This document shows, piece by piece, positions 1-12,200 of a stretch of 64,000 nt of DNA; position 1 is the stretch's first letter; every line of letters starts with the position of its first letter. The position numbers and the translations under genes are program-made. The stretch comes from Oculina patagonica. Taxonomy: Eukaryota. The notes beneath the pieces are model-generated. The model was not told the origin of the DNA. It saw only the letters and a list, made by a program, of their open reading frames with translations, and did no database searches. The stretch lies in NCBI RefSeq assembly GCF_052425735.1, contig NC_135761.1:54932001-54996000 (forward strand), given 5' to 3'.

Positions 1-155
1 AAGTAAGTGGAAATTAAGCCAAAGATTTTAAGTTAAGAATTATTCAGCGAATGGTAGATTTGTGATACGTATTGCGCATGTTAAATTAAAAAAAGAACCA
101 GCTACAAGTTCCGACGGGCAACCACGAGGCCTACCCGTATGTTGTTTTTACTTAC

Positions 156-265
156 GCCGTTTGTACGTGGAATTGAGAACTGGACAGCTTCCTCTTCTTC
201 TTTCTTTGATGGCGTACGCGGTTCAGGAAGCTCTAGCTTGGGCACTGTCTGATTCCTCTCCAGAC
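156..265 (-). CDS. Exon following the EGF array (GLERNQTVPKLELPEPRTPSKKEEEAVQFSIPRTNG)
   Basis: tag|GT acceptor at 265, GGC|GTAAG donor at 156, open in the expected phase. Confidence 0.7.
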
Positions 266-3200
266 CTAAATATATTCAACATATTATTTTAATGTAATAT
301 TAATTTTTCGATTATCAATTTTCTTTTCTTTAACGGGAACTTGAAAATAATACCTGACAAAGTTAGAACCCCTAAAGTGATACTAATAAATCAAAAAGAA
401 ACAAGGAACAAGGTTAGGTGTGGAAAGGTTGTGACTGGGTGGCACACGCTCGCAATCTTTGATCGCAACTTGCAAAGCACCCGTTAAAAAATTATTATCT
501 TGTAATCCCGAAATCTCCCCCAAGCGAAAGGCGATCCCTGACTGGCTGCTTTCAACTGCGTTGCAAGTTGCGCTTGACATGTCACACGCAGCAACTTGTC
601 TTGCAACGTTGCCATAAGAAGAGGACGGTTCTACTTATCTTGCAACTTGTAACGCAACGTTTTGTTGCATTGCAGGTTGCCCAAATGGGTGTTACACATG
701 AATTTTTTTCGCAACTTGCAATGTAGCTGCAAGTTGCAGGAAGAGTTGCCTCGTGTAACATGACCTTTAAAAGAGAAAGTTATTCTTAATATCTGGATAA
801 AAGCTACAATTGCAATCTTTTAGAGTGTCTAGTAAAACAATTAAACTACTTTCCCTCGTTTTCTATGAACGATAGTCAACTCTGCTGAGCCTCGGTGAGC
901 ATTCGCTCATAGAGAATTGCTAGAGAATTGCACTCTAATCCTTCGCTGATTACCTCTGCATTTCCCATCGATAAAGTACAGGTCTTGTTCACATTCACAC
1001 TTGTACGAGCCGCGAGTGTTGACACACTTGTGGAATTCATCCGTGCAGTTGTACGTGTCTTCATCCAGACATTCATTGACATCTAGTTAAATATATAAAA
1101 CAATCAATTAGTAACGCAGCTAATTTTAATGTCTATCGTCTTAACCGCCGCCTTTAAATTTCCTTAAAAGTAAAATTAACATAAACTATTCCGAAATTTT
1201 TGAGATAATATTAAAATATATTTGATTTTAGTCCAGTTAAGTAAGCTATGTTTACTGATCGGCCGCTTATACAGTCGAAGCTCTCTTAACGGACACTCTC
1301 GTAAGCGGACAGCTCTACTTACGGCCACCTTGTTAGAAACCCCGTTTTTACTCCCATACAAACTCTGTATTTTTACATTCTCGTAAGCGGACATTCCCGT
1401 AAGCGGCCGCGGACACTTTCCGAGATTACGACTTAGACTTTTTCTTTGTTTTTAAGCTCCCGTAAGCGGACACCGCAAAGAAAATCATATAAAAAACCTC
1501 TGTATCTTGTATTAATCAATCAACTTCACATCGCCGTTCGTCACAATGATTTTACTGTAATTACAGTACAGTACCATATTTCAGTGTTTGTTTTGTCGTC
1601 ATCCACGTCCGGTTACATTTCGAAACACCACTAACATGCATATTACCATTATGTTAGCTGGGCAAGCTCCCGTAAGCGGCCATCTATCCCCTACACCTCT
1701 AGTGGCCGCTTACAAGAACCATTCTCGTAAGCGGCCAGCTCCAGTTGCGGACACTTTTTTCGCGTCCCGAGGGTGTACGCTTATGAGAGCTTCGACTGTA
1801 CCTATATAATTATACTTATATAATTAAACAGTAAATTATGAAACAAGATTTAACGATTAAACGTCAAATACCTTCGCATTCGTAACCATCTTTGTTCAAT
1901 TCGAATCCTTTCTGACATGAACATTTATAACTTCCTGCAGTGTTTTCACAAATCTGGCTGCAGCGATGGAGAGGATTAGCTGGGTCACATTCATCGATGT
2001 CTAAGTTAAAAGGAGAAAAATTGATAGATAATTAATAATTTTTTTATACGAACGCGTGTGGATGTGAGGTAAGAAAATAATCAACAAACGCGTAACTCCT
2101 CGTACAAGTGTTTCTCTTCTCTCTTTATGCACTTGCATAAAGTAAATCGATTCTCAGTGCAAATTATGGTGTTCAATACAAAATTAAGTTATCAAGCATT
2201 ACCTCTGCAAGTCTTCCCATCATCCTCCAACTCGTAGTTAGCAAAGCAGACGCATGTTGCTTGGTTATTGCTTCCTTTGAAGCAAACATGCTCGCAGCCA
2301 TGACCAGAAGAACAAGGGTTTTCAGCTGTAAAAAACGAGTCATTCGTAATCAAGATAATTATAATGATAATGCATACGGTATATATAGCGCATTTTCTAT
2401 ATGCATATGTTCAAATGCGCAGTACACATACTTTAATTTACTACACACAAAGGCCAGACCACAACACCGGGAGCTTCGTCCCCTACTCTTTGCGAATAGT
2501 GTGTGGGTTCTTTAACGTCCCATGATACAAGACAGAAGATACAGGATACGGTTTATCGTCCTTTTCCGAGAAGATTAGACCCAACTGTAATTACAAAGGC
2601 AGGAGATTCTACTCAGTTATTTTGAGGCCCCGAGTGTTGGTCCGGCCTGGGGTTCGAACCCTCGACCTCCTGCACAATAAAATATGGACATGGCCTATAT
2701 ATATTGTAAAAGATAATTTTAAATCATATTCTTCATTATAATATTGACGTCACCCACTGTAAGAAATAGAAACAGTTAACCATAGATTTCAAAGACCTAC
2801 CGACACACTTTCTCCAGTCAGCAGGATCACGTTTAAAAAACTCGTTACATGAACAGTTGTAGCTACCAACAGTGTTGTTACACTTCTGCATGCAGTCATT
2901 TGATGGCTGGCATTCATCAATATCTATTGGTAAAGTAATTTAAAATAATTAGTTTAATATTCCATAGGAAGTCGACAGAGCGCGTTAAATTCTTTGTGAA
3001 GAAGAAGAAGAAGGTCTTTATTTAAAGAGGGTAACACATAAAAGTGAACATTCACTTTTAAAATTTTGGCCCTCACATTAAAAAATCTAACAAAGTAAAA
3101 CTAATAAACTAATCTAGCTAAATAACAACTAAAAACAATAAACAGACTACCTAGCTTGCTAAAAGACTAATTTGTAATTTTTAAAAAATTTTGCTGTCAG

Positions 3201-6200
3201 TTTGACTGCAACCTAAAGGTTTCTGTAAAGTAGTTTATCTAGAAGTGGGGCCCGGGGGTGTCCCCTTTACTGTAACAGCTCAATCGGCTTTTTTCGAGCA
3301 TGATAGCGGCACTTTTACTTCTGTCCACTCCCCTTAAAGTCCGCTATTTCTATTGGCTCATTTCTGGCAAGACGAGTAGTCGAGAAATAAATAGAACAGG
3401 AATGATATTGTAACGATTATAAACAAACCTCAGAGATGAAAAACAAAGAATTAGACGTGTTAAAAGAGCGATTAAATAACTTCACACATAAGCTGTGCAA
3501 ATCCACTAGCTACAAGACATGTCTTACCATCACAACTATGGCCATCAGCATTAAGTTCGAATCCATCGTGACATTTACAAAAGAAAGAAGCTGGCAGATT
3601 TATACAAAGTTGTTCACAGTCGTTCACGTTCGTTGAATTACTTTGGCACTCATCAATGTCTGGGAAAATGAAGACATAATGATGAAAAGTAAGAAAAATA
3701 ACCAAGAAAACAAGAGTTAAAACGAAGTTAACAGGAGCTTATCTAAAACAGGAAACAGGACCTAAAACAAGGTAAGAATATAGCTGGGAAAATTCTCAAA
3801 TCACTGTCATACATGACGTCTATAAATAAGCAATCTAACGCTTTAAATTTCCATATTTCGAAGCTACGTTTCTTAAAAGAAAAACTAGTTGTTTTGGTAG
3901 TGTCATCGCGCTCAGCCTCACGTTGGAGGCAAGCGTGGCCGAGTGGTTAAGGGCGCTGTTGTTGTAATCCGGAGGTCCCCGGTTCAAGACTTGTCCTAGC
4001 CACTAGCTGGATTTGTTTCTCGGTCGTCCCGTGTTCAAATCCTCGGTCACGCTTTGTATATAGCTAACTGGTCTGCCTCCTGCCAGTTGATTTTTAAACT
4101 TGTTATGTTCATTTAAAACATTTGTTTCCTCTGTTTCAGTGGCATGCCTGTAAATAGCTATCTCGTAGAGATATGAAGCTAAGTGCATGACCACTATAAA
4201 CAACATTTATTATTTTTATTTTTATTTTTATTATAATTGTTTAATATGTTGTCATGTAAACTCACCCACGCACTGAGCGCCATTTCCAGTATATCCAGAT
4301 GGACAAGGTCCGCATTTATATCCACTAGCATTGGCTGGTGGTGGAAGATCAATGCAGTCAACTCCTGTATAGCACGGCTGACCATTCATCTCGCAGGCAT
4401 CAATGTCACTGTCACAGAACCTACCGGTGTAACCTCCCTGACATGCGCAGCCCAAGTATACAAATTTGCTGTCAGTGTTGACAATGTCGCCTTCTTCGGG
4501 TGGCACACACTGACCGCCATGGTCGCATGCGCACATGTTGATAGTCGGACTCCAGGTGGCACTTGCGCCTTTGTCGTCGGTGGCAACAAACGACAAATTG
4601 AACTGCAATTAAATAGAAAGGTAACTGCAAATGTTACTCACCTTCCGCGTGAACAGTTTGCCTCTGAAGACACGAAAAAATAAACTAAACCTGATCTTTC
4701 CCCAAAATGTTTATTTTTCGCAAGTTGCGCAAAGAAATCTGCCAATTAATATCATTTAAAAACTTCAACAGATCAAAGATTTGTCTACAGAAGCCACTGT
4801 CACATGCTGTTACATGGTTGGTTACATAGTTACATGTTTGCCCTTCAGTTAGGCTGATATGCTACCTAGACAGCAGAGAGGAGGAGTGTGGTCAAACCGG
4901 TTTTCAAGACACGGGAAAGACTCAGAAGTGTAGCTAGCAGGAGTTGCGTGTGACGGTTGATAAGTCCCTTCCGGAGGAGGTGGTGATATGTGAGCTAGAC
5001 CAGGTTTAGTGAAGTATAGAAGGTTGCTACTGCACAGGATACTGATCATGCCCTGAAAAGAAGGGATTGAGGAGGCAGATCTGGGGAAAGTGGAACGTTC
5101 CGATGGTCTGGTAGTGTAAGTGCAGGGTCTTCCGTTTCAAGTTGAATATTGGAGGTTTGTTGGAAGATGTTAAGGTGGCAGGCGTGAGTACACATGTTGT
5201 AAAAGATGGTCTGTAAGATGCACGCGATGAATGCGACTGCTTGGATTGTCAAAGAATGTAAATGATCACAAAGTTCCGCTTTTGCGGGCCCACTACGCAA
5301 AATGGGTCGAAATTCCGCACGCTTCATCTGATGAGCTTGAAAGCCAAATGTTATGTAATTTTTGCTACTACTATTACACTGCAATAATTGCAAAGTTGCA
5401 TGCCAAAGACAATACGGTTTCACTGCAAATGGATGTGTCCATTCGTAACCATTCGTTACAATGGAAATAGAAAAATGTACTCAAACGTAAAGCTGTTTAT
5501 CTAAATAATAATAATAATACAAGGTCACTGTAGCGAATTACTTCAAAAAAATTGCTCTCAAAACGAATATATATTTTTTTTTTTTTTTATTTAATACTTT
5601 TAGCTAATGCATGGACTCCTTTTGTACTTTTGTTGTTGTTGTTGTTTTGTTTTTCTTTAATCATGTAAAATCTCCAATAGTGTATGTAATTGTAGTAATG
5701 TACGTGTTTTTAAGTGTATCAATAAAGTGTGTTTATCTTCCAAAAAAAAAACCATTCATGCTCTATTATAACTCATACGAATGTTTTTCATTTTTGTATT
5801 TTAACAAAAACGCCTAAGTAAAGCCTACCTTTTGTGATGAGGTAACATTCCAAGTAAAGTAAAGCACGTTTCCACTTTGGTTCACTGTGGCTCCTGCAGG
5901 CTTGTTAATTACACGAAACGTAATCGTATCGTTATCCACAGCGGTGATATTCAGCTTAACTGTTTCATAAAGTGTGGCATTTATTACATTTGAAGCGGTT
6001 ACTATCTTGGGTGGGAAGTTGTCTGCGAAGGAAATACATCACGTCAACGTATGACAATAAAGTAATTATCTTACGTACCAGCCAAATATGTAAAATGAAA
6101 TCCGAATCCGGTTAACAGGACGATTATTAATTGTCAAACGTAGTAATAATTAACAAGATATCAAAAGCGTTTTTAAATGAATGAGAATGACATTTGGGGT

Positions 6201-9200
6201 AAAAGCCCTTTTACTTATTGCACAATTTTACTGCTTTTTTATTATTGGTACCCCAAAGAAAGACACAAACATGGCGACAATATACTAAATATTGTAATTT
6301 TCTCAAACATAATTTCATAATAACTCAATTGTAAAAAACAGCCCTACGAAGCTAGATTTCAATAAAACACCTCTTTCTGCCTGCTTTAATATTTGGAAAT
6401 ATTATGATGTTTTTCATTAAAACAAACAGTTTTTGTGACAATGGCGAAAACAACAATTCATTTCTGTGCAGATTTCTCCTTATCTGAGTATTCTAGGCGA
6501 CTTACTGAGTGCGTTCGACTCGTTGACCAATTGAACGCTTATATCTTTTGTTACCAAGCCAATAGACAGGTCGTTAGTGGAAGCTACGTCAAACAGGCAC
6601 TCGTGATCATCTCCACACTGGGCTTCAGCTTCTTCTCTTAAGCTGTCGTTATGCCACGTGATGTTATCCGCAAACATGGGCTCGAAATCGCGGTCGGCAA
6701 AAGTATCTACGCTCTCATTGTAGGCGTAAGTAAACAATGACTGGGATTGATTGATTTGCCCTAAAAGGAAATCGACAAAATAAGCACAAAGAAATAACTT
6801 CGATCACAACAGGTGTCGTTGCTTTTATTCAGAGTGGATCGCCGTGGAAACTTAATGTTCTAGGAGAGCTATTATGGTTTCTTGTGAAGGTTGCACGATC
6901 TTTTTGAACCGTAATTCCAGATATTTTTAAAAAAAAATTATTTTGGTCCAATTAGAGAGAAATAAGGAAAAGATAATAAGCAATAGGTAGGGCTTTTGCG
7001 TTGATCTGTCAATGTAATTGTTTTAACAAAAAGGGAAGTTTTCGTTTCTTTCAGAGTGTCTACTTACTGAGTTTCTTGAATAACACTAGAGTCTTTTAAC
7101 TTATCCTTGAACAATTTAACAAGGGGTCACACAACTATCCTATGAAAGATAACTTCCAATAAAGATAATTGCTGCTAATTAACTTACATTTCACACCAAA
7201 CCCGAAGTGAATCTCCCTCAATGTTGATGATGCTGACAAAACATTCCCATCAAGCAATGTGAAGTCGTCATCCGGGTCATCGTTCCACGTTCCCAGCAAT
7301 CCTTTGGTGGTATTCTTGTAAACCTCTGCCGGAGTTACCACGAATGACATCATTCCCTTTTTCACGCAGAACTTCACCGACATTGTTGATGGAAAAGAAA
7401 CTTGTAAACATGTACAGTTTTCTTCTGGTTTTGAGACTGAAAGGTTTCTGCCAACTTCTACTGTTTGGTTTGTCAGGTTGTTGCAGCCATTGTAGATTTC
7501 CTGGTCTATCAGAATTTCTAATCCACCTTAAAACAGAGTAAGAAAATTGAGTTTAAAAACTGGACCAAATAAACTGCGTTTTGAGTTAAACGCTATGCTC
7601 TGTGAAAACCTTTACGTATTAATCAATAAAGAAATTGAATCAAATTTTCCATAGCAATTAAATTAGCAAAACAAGCTAGGCCCACAAAATGCTTTTTTCG
7701 TGCACAGAAAACACCAAATTTGCAATCTAGTTTTGCCTGTTTCTCTCTTTTTTGTTTCTGTTTACTATCGTGTTGCCCATTAAATGTTACTTCTACTGCC
7801 ATTTTCAGTTATGCTAGTTATGGAACTACCGTTGCGTCAGAAACATTCCATCCACTTTCTAAATATTTCAAAGTATAGAGGTTTGAGGGATTGACAAGAG
7901 AAAAAGACACATTTACTTGGTAGTCTAATGTACCCCTCACCTCCTTCCTTCACTCGGACTTCAATGGTGCTCGTATTTTCTTCTTTAGCAGCTCCGGCTG
8001 AAAAGATAGTTGCTGTTGTTGAATTTCCTTGTGCAAGTTTTGTTCTGGCCTGTAGCTGGAATGTTCCATTTTGAGCATCAATCATGACATATTCGCCCAG
8101 TCCATTAAAAGTATAATTCCCGTTATCCAGTGTCTTGATATGAGGATCACCCCAGAACCAACCTGAATATGCAACGAAAACGTGTATTTTAACAGGAATT
8201 TCTGGAGGAGGAGAGCGTCACTGTAAAAACTAACACAAATAGAAACGAAAACGCTGAATGAATACAACTTACTTCCACATTGCTAAACGAGCGTAACGTC
8301 TTTCATAGGGTTCTGGACCTATGCGAGTTAGCTAATCGATTAAACATAAATGAACAAACAAACGAATCGTACGGCATAACGTGACGTGACGTGATGTAAC
8401 GTGGCTTGTCATTACGTGACATGACATGACAACATAAGGCAATTTGCAGTAAAACTTACGTCTTGGTGGTGGTATGTAACGGGAACAGTCGTCTGATGGA
8501 CGATAAAAGTAAAACACATTGCACCACGGTATGTCAACACAGCAATATTTGTAGGCCTCCTCGTCCGTGTAGAACGTTTTTACGCGATTGGACCAGTAAT
8601 GGAAAGCTGTGACTTTCACGCGGCCACCATCAGGTGGACCAATCTTGAGAGAACCCCAATCTTCCCATTGTGTGGAGTAGCAGCACTCCTGCCTCAACAA
8701 AAGACCTACTAATCCTGTGTGCGGAGAATAATAATATATGAACTTGGAACGCGTGGACTCATAGCATATTTCTGGCCACGAATACCGCCAGTTCCAAGAG
8801 AATCTTCCCCAATCCAACCACGCCTGCCACATCGTACAAGGACACGCCATCCGCCAATCCGATTTTATGAGGTGGTAGTACCAGAAACGATAGTTGGCCA
8901 ATTGATTAAGAACAGCCCATGTAAAGCATTTCTCCAGTGCGCCTCTCCCATCGCTGTTTTCGATCCTCCAAAAGTATCTTCCCAGTGTTCCCGTATTCCC
9001 TTCCTTCTTGTCAAGGTTATACATTCCAAATGTACCTGAGCTGAAATATATAAGCAACAATAAAAGTAAACTTTTCAGTTTTATACTGGCATTTTTACTG
9101 CTTTATACTATACATGTTGAAAATGTTTTTATTACTTATGTGTAGCAGTAGAAATATGTTGTAGTGTCGAGCAGTCGAACGTGCGTGCGTGGATTCTCTA

Positions 9201-12200
9201 GAGAGTGTGTGAGCCAATCGGGTGTTGTCATTAGATATAAGGCTCTCGATTATGTATTCAAAGTGTAGTGTGATCTAGTGTGTGAAATGGCTCTTTAACG
9301 GACGAGCACATTAAATTTACTGTTTGTTTTCCATCGAGTTTCTGGTGATTCTACATATGTGAAAATAATTCTACGATATTTTAAGCCATTTTTCTGAACT
9401 ACAAAATAACTTCCAAATTCAAGGTAACCCTAAAAGTCAGTAAATTAAAGTAATAGTTCTGTAAGTCAGAAAAGAACCAAAAAAGTAACAATTGGAGACG
9501 AAACGGCAGTGTCATAAAACCTTACTCCAACACCGCTGACATACGAATTATCAGCGAAGATCAATTTCTTTCTTTTTATTCGTGTAGCTTTTGACAGTCT
9601 TTTACTTTTACTTCAGTGGAACTTGATCGGCTCAGCACAATTCATTATCATGTCTGTTGTTCAACGGGAGAAATGTCTTTTTTACTTGTTCACAAAATAC
9701 TATCTTTAGCCCCGCAATTATTTCGGGTCTTCCTGTGAACATAAACCATTCGTCATAACTTTCCAGGATGCGAAAAGCTTTGTATGAGAGAGATCTTGAC
9801 TGTGTTTTCGTTTCGTTTTTCATTCAGCTAATACAACGCGGCAACTCGTCCCCAGGCCTAATCCGTGCGTACTACCTAGTTTGGCGACTTGCCAAAATTT
9901 CTCGGCTTGAGGGATTTATCAATTTGGCTTAGCTATGATGCTCCGCTCGCGCGAGAGCTCCGCTACCAATTGATAACTATAATGCTGTTATGTTCTTTAC
10001 CACATAATAAAGACACAAATTTGCACAACTTTGTTACCCTTTAAGATTGTGATAGTTTGTACCATCATCTCCTGCATTCCAGCCAGCGACAGGAAGACCG
10101 TAGTAGTTTGTCCAGTAACGGTAATCCGTCCTAGAAAAATAGAGCTTAATATCAACATTTCTTTCTTTACGTTGTCAGTGGCCAAAACATCAACAATAAC
10201 GACAACAGGAAAATATGAGTTTAATAGAAATCATGACCGTAATGTAATAATCGGTTAGGTTATTAATAATTCGTAACGTCAGCACCCTCAGAATTCGTTA
10301 AAAATGTTAGGAAATGTTTTGGGACTAATCAAGGTTTAATGATTATCACCTTGTGACAAGGTTTTTTAAAATACAATGAAAAATACACTTTTGTAGGATT
10401 TTTAGGTTGGTTGTTTGGTTGGTTGGTTAGTTGTTTGGTTGGTTGGTTAGTTAGTTTGTGGGCTTGCTGGTTGATCGATTTATTGGTTAGCTGGTTAGTT
10501 GCTTAGCTGGCTGATTGATTGGTTGGTTGGTCGATCAATGCCTGAATGGATGGATTAATTGGTTTAAAAAATGGTTTACAAAACTAAGTCAGTCTCTAGA
10601 AGCATAATGGGACTAATGCAAATAAACTTACGGATCTGCTGGAATCACCCATTGAATTCCGCCATAAGGGTAATTGTACATCAGGAATGTGTTAAATCCA
10701 TCCGTTATTATCACAGCTTGAAAAGTGTTACTCTGCAAGAAAAAGGAAAGTAAAAATTGCGGGCCCATATTTGATCACTAAAATGATGCACCCATAGCTA
10801 TGGTTCCTTCAATATTTTCATTTTTTTTTCTCTGTTACAAAACAAAGAAATGGAAGAACCTAAATCAATGTGCAAGAGAAAAGAGTACGAAAATGTAGAA
10901 AATATTGTGCACAGTGACTAAAGCAACTCTAAACTGGCATTTTAAGCTCGACTAGGATCGGCTGTTACGGGTTACGTAAACATATAAGACATTAATTTCA
11001 ATAAATAGAAATAATCAAAGAAATAACGGAAATATGTGTAGATGTAATATATCAAACACGAGAGGCAGTGTTTCATCAGGCTATCCAAACACCGAGAAGA
11101 GAGTTGAAAATACGACACGAAGCGGAGTATTTTTAACGAAATTTGAGGTGTTTGGATAGCCGATGAAACACTGTCTCGAGTGCTTGATAAATCTTCTCAA
11201 TCGAAATAAAAACCAAGGAGTAAACGGAGAAATAACTCGAAAAAATCTATGCTAATTAAGATCGGGTATCCAAACCACCGTCACGGTTATGATTTTCATT
11301 GTGTTAGCTTTATGAATTATTAATGAGTTTGAGAAGTAAAAAGTAAATGCTTACCCAGGGGCAGTTTAATGGAAAGTTCTCGCCATAGTAATAGTAGTAG
11401 TAGTAATATCGGTAATAGACGTAAGGGCAGAGCTTTTCCCATGTCACAACAAGAACCCAAGTGGCTTCAAAGTTGGCAAATTCTTTAGTGTAACGTTGCA
11501 CATGCTCTGTGGCCTTACTGATGATATCGGAAGAGCTTCCCTTGCTTTTAGGCGTGTACACTTGATAATACACCTTTGAGTGTTTGGCTCTAAAGGCAAA
11601 ATTCATATCAGTGGTGGCCCAGAACGGTGCAATAACAGCCATATTTCTCAACCACCAGTAGACACCAAACTTCCGCGGCCACCACCAGCTCCATTCATAA
11701 TTCAGTTGGATTAAACCATTGCGACATATCTATAAAATGAAGTAAAATAATTGAGATTAATTCACACAACGTAAACTTTTGTACGGCAAAGGGAGAGTAT
11801 AGCACTTTTAGTCAAGGGTACCTTATCAGGGTGGTGCTTATATGTTTATTAGCCCTGTTTCCGTATATTGAATGTACCCCAAGTTTTTAATAGGTTGCCT
11901 AAAAAATCCACCGGACTCCATTTATAATGTCTTCTGGGTGGAGAGGGGCATTGAAATAGCAAAAGTGATATGTGTTGCCTAAGAAGTCAACAGAACACAA
12001 ACTGAGTCCATACACTAACTGCGCCTCTCTTCTACAAGGAAAAATTATTCACATTCATAGAAAGAAGGCGAATTCAATTTACATCCGTGTTTTACATTTG
12101 TAAATCATCTTTCCTGTACATTTTCGCGCGGTTTTACAGACGAAAGTCATTTTTGAATCATGACAGATACTTACATACAACTTGTAATGCCTCTCCGAGA

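Noticed and set aside
3926-4010. tRNA-like sequence
   Set aside because: Has A and B boxes but no convincing acceptor stem, and continues into a SINE body and tail.
4800-5460. Higher-GC intronic segment with several short ORFs
   Set aside because: No frame stays open or shows a recognisable motif; probably a decayed insertion that I cannot classify.
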